Shown here piece after piece: positions 1-11,763 of a stretch of DNA of 64,000 nt (positions are counted from its first letter, which is position 1; each line of letters starts with the position of its first letter). Both the position numbers and the translations under genes were made by a program. This DNA comes from Cyanophora paradoxa CCMP329 (taxonomy: Eukaryota > Plantae > Glaucophyta). Location: positions 9,243 through 73,242 of the forward strand of contig QPMI01000529.1 in NCBI GenBank assembly GCA_004431415.1. Direction: 5' to 3'. The notes under the pieces were generated by a model. That model was not told the origin of the DNA, did not search any database, and saw nothing but the letters and a program-made list of their open reading frames with translations.

Positions 1-375
1 TTCCCCCCCCCCCGGGTTTACGTGTCTTAGAGTCTTGCAATTGCCATCTGGCGCCCGCTGCCAACTAGGCCATCCGACAATGAAGCCGAGCGCCCAGAAC
101 ACCCGACGCACTCCAGATCCCTCCACCCTTCACTCGCTGTCATCAACAAGAAACCCCAAAGGCACCGGCTAGCCGCGACCGCTCGACGCCCGACGAGCCG
201 CCTGCGAACTCCATCGTCTTCGTTTCACCAAAGAACTCACTATAGGTTCGTCGCGGACGGAGCTCGCTCGCCGCGAGCAGTGCCGGAGCTGATTTATGCT
301 TATGCGCAGACTCGAAGCAAGAAGAGACCAAGGCCACCAAGACCTGAGCCGTCCGGAAAGTGCTCCTTAGGCGCC

Positions 376-1731
376 ATGGCTCCTTATTCGATTCACGCCA
401 CCATCCCGAATCGCCGCCGGCTCTCGCTCACGCGGGTGCTGTCGACCGGTGCGATGCGGGGCCCAGCCAAGCACGGGCGACGCCTTTGCCCGCCGCTCAC
501 GCGGCCGCCCGCAGAGGCGGGGCGGGACAATTGCAAGGCGGCGGCGCACGTGGCGCTCCCGCTGGAGACGGGGTTCGGGTACGGTACCATCTCGCTCAAG
601 TCGGCGCGGCTGCTCTCGCCGTCGTACGCATCGCCGGCGCCGCTGCGGGCGGCGCGGAGCCCCGCGCGACCGGCGGTGGAGGCGGTCGACTGGGCCTCGC
701 CCTCGGAGCGGCCGGCGCAGCAGCCGAACTCGCGGGTGGACGTCCCCTCGGTGCTGCTGCGCTCGTGCCCGTCGGCGCTGGAGCGGGTGGCGGCGGTGCT
801 GCCGGCGGAGGCGGCGGGGCGGGTGCGGCGGGGCCCGATGGCCTTCCGCGCGGTGCAGGGCGAGCTCCCGGACGTCGGGCACCTCTCCTTCGACTCCGCT
901 GTCTTCGACGCCTGGTCCGCCCCCGCCTCCCCCTCCCCGCCTCCTCCTCGCCCCATGTCGTCCGCTCTGACCGCTGCCCGGCCCCCCCTCGCAGCGTGCG
1001 GGGCCTGCACCGCTTCGTGCTGATCGTGGACCTCTTCAGCGTCTGCGAGGTCTCCCACCTCCGCACCCGCTTCCACCCCGCCTCCCTCGTCGTCGGTGCG
1101 CGCCGCCCCGCCTCTGTGCCCCGCCTCTGTGCCCCGCCGACCCGGCGCCCCTCCCGCCCGCCAGGAGGCTACTTCGACCGCTTCCACCCCGAGTCCTCGT
1201 TCCTCTTCGCGGTGGAGAAGGAGGCCTCTGCCGGCGGCCCGCCCCGCTCCGCCCTCATGCGCCCCGTCCGCCCCGCCCCGCCCCGCTGCCTCCGCTTCCC
1301 CCTCCGACCCCCCGCAGGCCCCCGTGGCGTACCCCCGGCGGCTCTTCAACTCGCTGCCGTCGCCGGGCTCCCCCGCGGTGGCCGGCGCCGCCTCCCCGCG
1401 CCGCCTCTCCCTCGACTCCCCCGCCCCCCCCGCCGGCTTCCGGTAGCCCCGCGCCCTCTCTCGCCCCGCGCGGCTGCGGCGCTCACCCGCGGGGCAGGCT
1501 GAGCGCGACGCGGCCGGCCTCCGCTTTCAGCCCCGACCTGGCGCCCCTCCTCCACGGCACCTACGCCACCGTCCGCCCCGCCCCGCCCCGCCGCCGCCGC
1601 CCGGGCGCCTCTGAGGGGCGGGGCGGGGCGGGCAGCTCTCGGCGCGGGCAGCGAACTTCGAGGCGTTCCCGGCGTGGGCCCGAGTGGACGGCGCCGTCGT
1701 CGCCTCCGTCGAGGTCGCCTACTTCCCTTAG
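376..1731 (+). CDS. Multi-exon hypothetical protein (5' end uncertain, may extend upstream)
   Basis: Protein-like segments (VDVPSVLLRSCPSALERV, LHRFVLIVDLFSVCEV, GGYFDRFHPESSFLFAVEKE, ...VASVEVAYFP*) separated by short C-rich introns with CTGAC/CTGAG branch points and CAG acceptors. Confidence 0.55.
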
Positions 1732-2300
1732 GCTTAGGCCCCCAGGAGAGGCCCCCGACCCCGCCTCCACGCAGCCGCCCGGCGGCCCCCGTGCCGTCCC
1801 TCCCCCAGCCTGGCAGGGCCCCTCCGCCCCCGGGGCTGCGAGCCTCGCTGCCCCCTCTCCCTGTCGCCCCTAGGCCTGTAACATTGCCGCTTTTTCCAGC
1901 GCACCAATCCGGATCCAAAAGCTCCTACTCGATCTGTACGCAGTACACTTGTATACGTAAACACCGTGGCACATATAAGCATACACAAGACCGTGCGCAT
2001 GCATGGGCCAGACCGTCGGACCAATTGCAAGGCCTCGCAATTGCATGACGTTCTCCGGGGAATCGGCGGGCATCCACATTCAAACTGCGCATGCGCGTAT
2101 GCGCGCACGCCTATGATCAGCTGCAGCTAGCCAGCGTGCGCCGGGATCGCGCCGGCGCCGCGGCGGCGCGCGCCTGCTGAACTTGTCAAGGGCCAGCCTG
2201 GCATACGCAGCGCGCGCGCGCGCGCGCGCGGAGGCTGCGCATGCAGCGCAGCTGCAGCTGCAGCTGGTGGGCGCACTGCGGGCCTGCGGCACTTCCGCGT

Positions 2301-2340
2301 CCCCGGCGACTCCCCGGCGAGTCCCCGGCGACTCCCCGCG
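2301..2340. repeat. Short tandem repeat of an 11-mer (TCCCCGGCGAC/G)
   Basis: Three near-perfect units plus a partial unit, read directly. Confidence 0.8.
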
Positions 2341-3081
2341 CGACGTCGACACATCCAACATATGCATCCAATGATCTGCCATGGCCAGCTGGCTGCTGCG
2401 CGAGGCAATATGTCGGAGGCATGCGCAGCGCGACACACATCGAACGCGTTAATGTTAACCAGCGTGCAATCGCCGCGGCCGCACGTCTGACCGACGTCGA
2501 CGTGCATACGCGTCTGAAGCTGCAGCCGCAGCAGGCTGCACGCAACTTCCGGAACGTCGAATTCGAGCGTTTCGTGCAGTTTCGCACGCAGCGCTATTCC
2601 GGATCCAGGATGCGTGCGCACCCTCTGCAGCAGCAGTGGATTAGCTATTGCGATCGCACTGCGACAATCCCGGAATTCGAATGATCCATTTCACGCTCGG
2701 AAGCTGAAGCGGCCCCATGCTTCTCAAAGGGTGAAGAAGATACTGTACCCCCGCGGGGAGCCACATTGCTGCTACAAGCAGCAAAGAGCATGCGCGCGGG
2801 AAGGCGCGCCTAGCCGATCGATGGCGGTGTAGGCGGGTATAGCCGATCGATGGATCCGGCAAACAACTTCCTGCTGATCTCGGCGCTGGCCTTGAAGCTA
2901 CGTCATAGCAGCAACCGGGTCCCGGAGAACTTCTCGTTCGACGACAGGGCGCTAACAGCGCTAAGGTGAACAAACGCGCGGGGATAAGCCCGCGGCGCGC
3001 CCCCGGTCCTTTCACTCACGCTTTGCCCCAGCGAGCTGACCCCTGCCGAACTTGAGGCCTTTCTCTTCGCAATCGTCCGGC

Positions 3082-6000
3082 ATGTCCGCTGCGGAAAAGG
3101 GCCGCCGGGCGTGCCCCTCTCCGCCAAGTACATCAACGGTGCGCGTTGCCGTTCGCGCAGTTCTGCTCACGGCTGATCGAGGCACGCGTGTAGACGGCGC
3201 GGAATACATCTCGTCGTCATTCGTTGCTCTGCGGGAGCTCTCGCCCGAGGTTGCGATGGAGGCGCGGGTGATCGCTTCGCGCAAGGTGGGCTGCATCCCC
3301 GCTCGGCTGCCCCTTCGCTCCAGCTGACGCGCTGCGCGCTCTGCAGTTCTACCACCTGCGGGGGAACCTGCTTATGGACGCACAGAAGATCTCGGCCCTG
3401 CGGCGGCTCGAGCCGCCGCAGGCGGTCGCCGCGCTACGCGCCCTTTGCGAGCGGCTGGACGACCCGCGGCAACCGCCGATCGAGAACCTGTCGGCCCTCT
3501 GCCGCGCGTACTTCGGCGGCATGACCGCCGCGGCGCCGTCGCCCCTGCAAGTCCCGGCCCGGCGCGACGTCGGGGTCTCGCCCACGCTCCGCGGCCTCGG
3601 GGGCCCGCCCTTCGTGCCGGGCGCGGCGATGCCGCCGTCGCTACTGACGGTGCCGACGCGCTCGAATGGGAGCGGCAGCAGCGCCGGCGACTCGCTGGGC
3701 GTGCCCTCGCCGGACCGCTCGCGCTCGGTCTCGCCGGACCCGCGCACGATGCCGCAGTCGAGCTCGCAGCGGAGCCTGGAGGCCCTGCTGGGCGGCTCCT
3801 TCGCCGGCTTCCCCGGGCCGTTCCCCGGCGGGGCCTCACGGACCTGCTCGACGACGACCTGCTCGGCGACGACCCCTCCGCCCCGCGCGCCGCCGCCGCC
3901 CAGGACGCCTGCCGCGGCGCCGCCCTCCGCCGCCGCCGTGCGTCTTCGATCCCCCTCTGCTCGCCGCCGCGCGGGGCCCGGGCCGCGTGCCGGGGCTGAG
4001 GGAGGGCGGGGCGCAGAGATCCGGGCGGCGCTGCCGGGGGAGCTGCAGCAGATGGCGGCGGCGATCGAGCGGACGCTGCGCTTCGTGCCGGCCGGCGGCC
4101 GCGTCGCCTTCACGGACGAGGTCCTCCAGCTCGTCGCGTGCGCCCCGCCCCCGCCCCGCCGGCCCCCGCCGGCCCCGGCCCCGCCCGGGCCCGGGCCCCG
4201 CCGAGCCGCGCACGCAGCGATGCCGGCGCCGACAACGGGCGCGTCATGCTCGAGAGCATCGGCGAGGCGCTCAAGGGCGGCGTCATCACCGGTCCGCCCC
4301 CCGAGCCGGTGCCGCCCGGCCGCCGCCCGCTGACGAGGGCGCCGCCGCGCAGGCCCCCGCTCCCTCTTCAACTACGCGCGGGCCCTCCACTTCCGAGCGA
4401 AGCGTGCGCCCTCCCCGCCCCTTTCCGCCCCGCCCCGCCCCGCCCCGCGCCACCCGGCCGCGCCCGACGCGGCGGGCGAGCAGACAGCGGAGGCATGGAG
4501 GCGGGGGTGCGCCGGCGCGTGCTCCGTATCGAGATCGAGTCGGCGGGGCGGGCCGAACAGGGCGTCGGCGCGGCGGCGGCGGCAGCGGCGGCCGCGGCGG
4601 CGGCAGCGGCGGCGGCGAGCACGTCGGCGTCGCCGCACGACGGGGTGCTCTTCCTGGACCCGCGCGTGCTGCGGGAGCTGGCCGGCCTGCCGCTGCCGGC
4701 CGCGCACGCCGCGCTGGACGCCTTCGTGGAGCACGTCGCCCTCGCCGGCGGGCCCCGCGGCGTCGCCGACCACTGCGACCTCCTCGCCCGCTGCCTCCGG
4801 CCGCACGCCCCGAGGGCGACCCGGGCGCCCGCCCGAGCGCGAGGGCCGCCCGCACGACCGCGGCGGCGACTCGGGCGGCTCGCTCGCCCCGGAGGTCCTC
4901 GAGCGCATCGCCGCCAAGCTCCAGCACGCCACCGCCCAGGCCACCGCCGCCCAGGCAGCCGCCGCCGCCGCGCTCACGGTCGAGGGCGCCGAGGAAGGCG
5001 CCGGGGCGGGCGGGGCGGGGGCGCCGGCGGGGCGGCGGTGCCGCCGCTGCTGGCGCTGCTGACGGACCCGGCCGCGCTGCGGTGCATCCAGTGCGCGGGG
5101 CCAAGGACGGCGCGGAGCTCGTCGAGGCGGCCGCCAACTGGGTGGAGGCGACGGTGGCGGCGGGGCGGCCGGGCGGGGCCCCTGGGCTGGAGTACCTGCG
5201 CGCCCTGCGCGACCGCGCGGCGCAGTCGCGCCGCGTGGAGGCCGGCGCGCGGCGGCGGCTCCTGCGGCTCGAGCTCGAGCTGCTCGCGCGGCTCCCCGCG
5301 GGGGCGCCGGCGCCGCGGCCCTTCCGGCTGGGGAGCGAGCTGCCGGGCCGCCTCTCGGGCCTGAACCGCGACGAGGCGGCCGCCGTCCTCGACCACGCGC
5401 TCGAGGAGCTCGCCGCGCGCCCCGCCGCCAGCGACGACGCCGCCGCCGGCCCCGCCGCCGCCTGCCCTGCCGCCCAGGCGCTCGAGCGGGCGCTGGACGC
5501 GGCGGGGGCCCCCGGCGTCTGCGGCAGCGGCGGCATCGCGAACCTGTTCAGCAACGGCGGCGTCGGCGGGTCGGGGGCAGCGTCGGGCACGCCGACGGCG
5601 GGCGGCTCGCCGGCGCCCTCGGGCTCGGCCTCGCCGGCGCGCACGCCGCGCGAGCCGCGCACGCCCCCGCACCGCGGCTCGCCCCTCGCCGGGCCCGGCG
5701 GGGCCGACTCCTCCGAGGAGCCCGTCCCCTTCGGCCCCGACGAGGGCCGCCCCGGCGGGGGCGCCGGCGCGGGGCGGAGCGCCCGCTGGGGCCGCGGGCC
5801 GGGCGGCGGCGGGCCGCTGGAGGCGGAGCTGGACGCGGCGGGGCGGCGGCGGCGGTGGCGCAGTTCCGGCGGGAGATGGCGCAGCTGGCGGGCGCGAACG
5901 AGCAGCTGCAGGAGGAGAACCGACAGCTGCGGCGGCAGGTGGGGGCGCTGCGGGCGAGCGCCGGCGGGGCGCTGGTGCAGCTCGAGGAGGAGAACCGCGC

Positions 6001-6295
6001 CCTCCGCGAGCGCCTCGAGGAGCTCCGCGCCCTCTTCGGCGCCGCCGCCCTCGGCGCCGGCGCTGCCGGCGGGGGCGGGGCGGGGCGGTAGCGGGCCGGG
6101 GACGCGGCGGGGGAGCCTCTCGGCGCTGCCGCCCATCGAGATCAACGACGAGGACGCGTGGCCGTCCCAGCACGACTTCGAGCGCTTCGGCGCGGGGCCG
6201 GGCGCCCAGATGCTGCGCGCGCAGCAGCACCTGCACATGGGGCAGCCGGTCCCGCAGCAGCACCCGCAGCAGCAGCAGCAGCAGCACAGCCACTT

Positions 6296-6330
<35 letters not shown>

Positions 6331-6899
6331 TTGCCTCGGGCGCCGGCGGCTCCGGCTCCGGCTCGAGCGGGGGCGCTGGCGGCGGGGCCTGGGCGGGGGC
6401 GGCTTCGGGGCGTACACGGCCCTCTCGGCGCCGCCGTCGCCGCTGTGGCACGGGCTGGAGGAGGGCGGGGCCGGGCTGGACTCGAACCCCCTCTCCTCCT
6501 CGGCCGCCGCCGCCGCCGCCGCCGCCTACAGCCTCGCCTGGGCCCGCGGCCGCTCCCCCTTCGAGGCCGGCCCGGGCGCCCACGACCCAACGTTCCCCGC
6601 CGGCGCCCAGGGCGGCCTCGGGGCGGCGGCTTCACGCCCCCGCTCGCCTCGTCCCCCTCGCGCTGGGGCGCCGTGGGGCGGCGCCGGGCGCGCCGGCGGC
6701 GTCGCCCTCGCTGCTCTTCGGGACGGGCAGCGGGGGCTCGCCGTGGGGCATCTCCCCCTCGAGCACGCGCTCGCCCTCGCCGGGGCCCGGCCACGGCAGC
6801 AGCGGCGGCGCGAGCGACCCGTGGGCCCCGCCCCCGCTGCCCCGCCTCCCCTCGGGCCAGGCCGTCCCCTCCCTCACCACCACCCCTCCCCCCATGTGA
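3082..6899 (+). CDS. Multi-exon low-complexity protein with repeated helical units (possibly hnRNP Q acidic-domain-like), a coiled coil and a Q/A/S-rich tail; several frameshifts
   Basis: Segments MDAQKISALRRLEPPQAVAALRALCERL..IENLSALCRAY and FLDPRVLRELAGLPLPAAHAALDAFVEH resemble each other; coiled coil LAGANEQLQEENRQLRRQV..LEEENRALRERLEEL; GT-AG intron near 3286-3345. Confidence 0.55.
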
Positions 6900-8102
6900 G
6901 CGCGCCAGGCGCCCCGCGGCCCCCAGCCTCGGGCGCCACGCCCTTTCACTAGGCCGCGCCTGTAGGGACCGCGCAGGTAGGTAGGACTAGGACCCCGCGT
7001 TAGAGTCGCACGTGCATCTTTGAAGTGCCGCCTTCGTCAGCCGCCTTTTGTGCGTTGCCTCAATCACCTTCTACCCGTGTATCGCACATATTTCTTGCGC
7101 ATGTAGTTCCGCACGCAGCTTCTGAGATCATCCCATATGTTCTACAGTGCCTTAGGTCTCACTTTTTTAAGCACAGTATGTAGTTGCCTATTTCCAGTAC
7201 GTACATACAAAGTAGACCTTTGCTTACCGTATACGTGGTACGCTCAAAATATTATAATTCGTATACTCGCGTACGCTCAGTGGGACGTCGACGCTCAATT
7301 CCAATATTAATATTTTTTCAATGCCGACCGCGAGTTCGAACATACGCATGTTCGAATGCGCAATTGCACTCATACGCATGTTTTTCAATCCGGGATCCAA
7401 TTGCACTCAATTGCTCAGCGGCTCTTGGTTCTCAATTGCACGTACGCGTGCATGTGGTGTCGCGACTCGGCGATATCGATTTACCGTCGGATCGGACTAG
7501 TATTCATGATTTCAGGGCTCCCGCGCGCCGACGCCGCGCCGCCCGCGGCCGGCCTTAGCTTCACCCGGCCGCGGATCCTGGACTTTCTTGATCTGAGGTT
7601 CTGAATTCCGAATTCGAAGTTCATGCATATGATCGAATATTAATTCTGATTCTTGAATGAACTCAAATGCAACGACACTCGCTACACTTGACTTACGGTA
7701 ATTACCCGGGCTATGACTAGTAACCCGTATGACGCCACAGCTATTAGGCTACGTATACCTGAACACTTCAGCTCTGTGTTAGATCTGAAGAGCCCTACAT
7801 GCTATCTGCCTAGCACTGGCTAGATAGATATGAACCACAAGAACCCACTACTGCACATTACAACTCGGAGGGGGTTTGGAACAATGAAGTCCAATCCGAA
7901 GCTCGCGAAAAAATCTACAACCTTGAGCGTACGCCCCCGACTTCAATGAATCAGGTAAAAGCATAAGCAAAAACGCGAACGTAAAATCGCAGATCTCGAC
8001 TGTGCTAAAGTACAGGAAGGGAGACGCAAGACAGCAGACTCGTTGGAAAGTAGATTATGTCTGAGAGGCGGGGCCTCTCTCTGAAGAGAGGGGACGGGGG
8101 AC

Positions 8103-11100
8103 TTAGCGGGCGGCGGCGGCCATCTTGGGCGGGGCGCTCGCGGCCACGAGCTTGTGGTAGGCGTCGAGGACGGCCTCGACGGTGGCGGGGTCCTCGAGGG
8201 TGCTCGTGTCCTGCTTGATCGCCTCTCCCCGCGCGATCGAGCGCAGCAGCCGCCGCATCACCTTCCCCGACCGCGTCTTCGGCAGCCCGGGGACGACGAT
8301 CAGCGTGTCCAGGTGCGCGATCTTGCCGATGTGGTGGTACACCATCTCGTGCACCGCCTTGTCCACCTCCTTCTGCGTCCGGTGGCCCTCTGCGCACGCC
8401 CCCGCCGCCGTGAGCGCGGTTCAGCAGCGGAAGACAGGGAGAGAGCTGCGCACCGCCAGCCTTGAGGACGACGTACGCGACGACGGCCTCGCCCTTGATG
8501 GGGTCGGGGCGGGCGACGACGGCGCTCTCGGCGACGAGCGAGCAGTGGTTGATGGCCGCCTCGATCTCGGCGGTGCCCATGCGGTGCCCGGCCACGTTGA
8601 TCACGTCGTCGACGCGCCCCGTGATCCAGATGTAGCCCTGAACGCGCAACGGTCAGACGGGCCGCAGCGAACAGAAAGCGCGGGTGCGGGCGCACGTCCT
8701 TGTCCTCATATGCGCCATCGCCCGTGAAGTAGACGTCGTTGCCCTGGAACTTGACGTGGTCGAAGTAGGAGCTGACGAAGCGCTTGTCGGCGTTGTACAG
8801 CGTGCGGAGCATCGAGGGGAAGGGGCTCGTGATGACGAGCAGCCCCTGCTCGCCCTGCGGCACGCGCTTGCCGGTGGGGTCCACGATGGCGAGGTGGATG
8901 CCGGGGAGAGGGACGGTTGCGGAGCCGGGCTTGAGCGGGGTGGCGCCGGGGATGGAAGAGATGGTCGGGCCGCCCGTCTCCGTCTGCCACCAGTTGTCCG
9001 CGACGGGGGCCTTGCCGCCGCCGACCTTCTTGTGGAACCAGTGCCACGCGACGGGCCCGATCGGCTCGCCGGCCGACCCGATCACTGCCGCCCCCGACGC
9101 GTCAGACAGATCGCGGCAGAAAAAAGCGAAAGTAAGGCGGCATGCACCGCGGATGCTGGAGAGGTCGTACTTCTCGGGCTCCTGGGGCCCCTCTCGCGCC
9201 AGCAGGCGGACGGCCGTCGGGGCGGTGTAGAACTGAGAGACCTTGTACCGCTCGCACATGCGCCACAGACGGCCGGCGTCCGGCGTCGAGATGAAGCTGC
9301 GAAGAAAGGCTCAGCGCGGGCAAGAGATCTAGAATTCGCAGCGTGCGCATGCGGCTCGCGGACCCCTCGTACTGGACGGTGGTCACGCCGAGGGCCAGGG
9401 GGCCGTACATGCTCGTGTGCCTGCGCGGCCCGGCTCAGAGGGGACGAGGCGCCGTCGACGCGGATCCAGGGGCGCCGGCGGCTCACCCCATGATCCAGCC
9501 AAGGTCGCCGGTGGAGAAAAAGACATCGTTCAGGTCGGAGCGAAGGTCAAAGACCCACTTGAACGACTGCTGGGCCCACAGGATGTAGCCCGCCGCCGAG
9601 TGCTGCACGCCCTTCGGCTTGCCCGTGCTGCCGCTGGTGTGCATGACGAAGAGGGTGTCGTTGGCGTCGACGGGGGCGGGCTGCGTGACGGGCGCGAGGC
9701 TCTTGTCCGCCATCAGGCTCGTCCACTCGTGGTCCCGCCCCGCCTTCATCGGGCAGTTGCCCATGTGCCTGCCGGCCCCGCCTCAGCCGCCGTCGAGGCA
9801 CGAGGTACCGGCCGGGGCCGGGGGTCGAGGCGCGGGGCGCACCGGCGGAGGACGATGACGTTCTCGACGCAGTCGGTGGAGGGGGCGCCGGCCTCCGGGG
9901 CGAGGGCCTTGTCGACGATCGGCTTGAGGTCGTAGGGCTTGCCGCGCCGGAACGAGCCGTCCGCCGTGATGACCACCTTGGCCCCGACGTCGCTGATGCG
10001 CTCCCGCAGCGCCTCGTCCGAGAAGCCGCCGAACACGATGCAGCTGCCCGCCCCCGCGTCAGCGCGAGACCGCGCGCCGGCAGAGGGGCGGGGCGGGGCG
10101 GGGCGGCGCACTAGGGGGCGCCGAGGCGGGCGCAGGCGAGGAGGGCGACGACGGTCTCGGGGACTTGCGGCATGTAGACGACGACGCGGTCGCCCTTCTT
10201 CACGCCGAACTTGTGCCGCAGCACGCCGGCGAACTTCTCCACCTGCGCGCCCCGCGTCCGCGTCAGCGCCGGCGATCGAGTTCGGGGGGCCGGGCGGGGC
10301 CGGGGGCGGCGGCGGGGCGGGCTCGCCTGCTGGTGCAGCTCGCCGAAGGTGAGCGTGCGGCGGTCGGCCTCGGGCTCGCCCTCCCAGAAGATCGCCGGCT
10401 TGTCCGCCTTGCCGCTCTTGACGTGCCGATCCAGCAGCAGCGCCGACACGTTCTGGGCGTGCGCGCGCGCCTCGCGTCAGCGGCGGCGCCGGGCAACGCA
10501 CTTCGCGGCGCCGGCACGCACCAGCTTGCCGCCCTCGAACCACTTGAAGAACGGCGCGTTGTCGTTGTTAAAGACCTTCTTCGGCCGCTCGATCCAGTCT
10601 GCACGACGGGCTTCGGCCGGCGGCGAAGAAAGAGTACTAGTACTCGGAAAGAATCTCGCACCGATGTTGGTGTCGGCCATGCGCGTCCAGAAGCCGATCG
10701 GGTCGCGCTCAGACCACTCTTGGAGGGCGCGGTACTCGTAGACGTCGGCGATGGACCACGACCGGTCGCTACGCGGCGGCGGCGGGATGAGCTCGTCGGC
10801 ATGAGGCTCGATGGGGTGCGCCTCCGGGTCGATCTTGTGAGTCTGCGAGTTAAGCGTACGCGTCAGCCCCTTACTTTTGATCCAGAAGCGCTACGATCGG
10901 CCTTGACCTTAAAGATAACTAAGCTTCACTCCCACAACTTAGGGACCCGGTAGTGCTTGCAGGGTTAGGGAGGGAGCGATAACGTCACCGGGGCTCGCGT
11001 CACCAGTTGGCGGCGTGGGCGCGGCCGTGCTTGTTTAGACAGAAACAAGCTTTAGACTGGCGTATAAAATCTATACTTAACGCGTACGTGCGTCGCCGCC

Positions 11101-11363
11101 GGCCAGGGCGCAAGATCGCGATGGCGTCAACTTAGGCGGGGTCGGCTAGCACTCACATGGACAGGGCCGGCGTGCTTCGACCGCACGATGAGCTTGGCAT
11201 GATGAGGAAAGGCGGTCCGCAGCGTCAGCGGCGCCACGGCGGCCGGCGCTGCGACGGGCGCCTTGATGACGGCTTTGACGGCGCCGGCGAGCTCTGCGGG
11301 GAGCAGGAAGCGACGGCCGGCCGAGGGCCGCACAGCGATCCTAGCGAGGGACAGGGACAGCAT
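8103..11363 (-). CDS. acs: Acetyl/short-chain acyl-CoA synthetase (AMP-forming), copy A, multi-exon, with N-terminal organelle-targeting peptide
   Basis: Motifs [63 protein letters not shown] across spliced exons; exon 1 [19 protein letters not shown] is Arg/Ala/Ser-rich and almost acid-free. Confidence 0.95.
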
Positions 11364-11763
11364 CCTGGATCGCTGTGTTGGGCCGCTGGCCGGCAAGGAA
11401 GAGCGAACCTCGGGCGAGGTCGAATGTACCCGCTGAACGAGCCGCGCGCGGCTTTTGTACTAGCCGACCGGCCTGCCTCTGAGTCACGGGTTCAAGCCGA
11501 GCCCGATGGCGTCACCCCCGATGGCGCAATTGACGGCGAGCCGATCCGATGCCGGTGCGGGGGATGCGCATGCGCAGGCGAAGGAGCATGTGGTTGCAGA
11601 AGAGACGACGCCGAACTCCCATGCTCCGCTGGGCCGAGGAGAGAATTCGAACTTGATCCGATGATCACGAGTCACGACCGCCGGGGGGTACGCAGTCATA
11701 GTCCTGGGGGTACGAGAACTTCTAGTCTTTCTGCCGGCCAGCGGCCCAACACAGCGATCCAGA
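11364..11763. promoter_or_regulatory. Probable bidirectional promoter between the two acs copies
   Basis: 400 bp between divergent ATGs; about 30 bp of 5' UTR is duplicated on each side and the centre is unique. Confidence 0.6.

Noticed and set aside
3666-6899. 1077-aa ORF and similar very long R/P/G/A-rich ORFs (e.g. 4286-6583, 22101-24818)
   Set aside because: Shadow frames caused by extreme GC content; they run through introns and frameshifts of real genes
10939-10970. TTAGGG motifs as interstitial telomere
   Set aside because: Only two isolated copies inside acs intron 1
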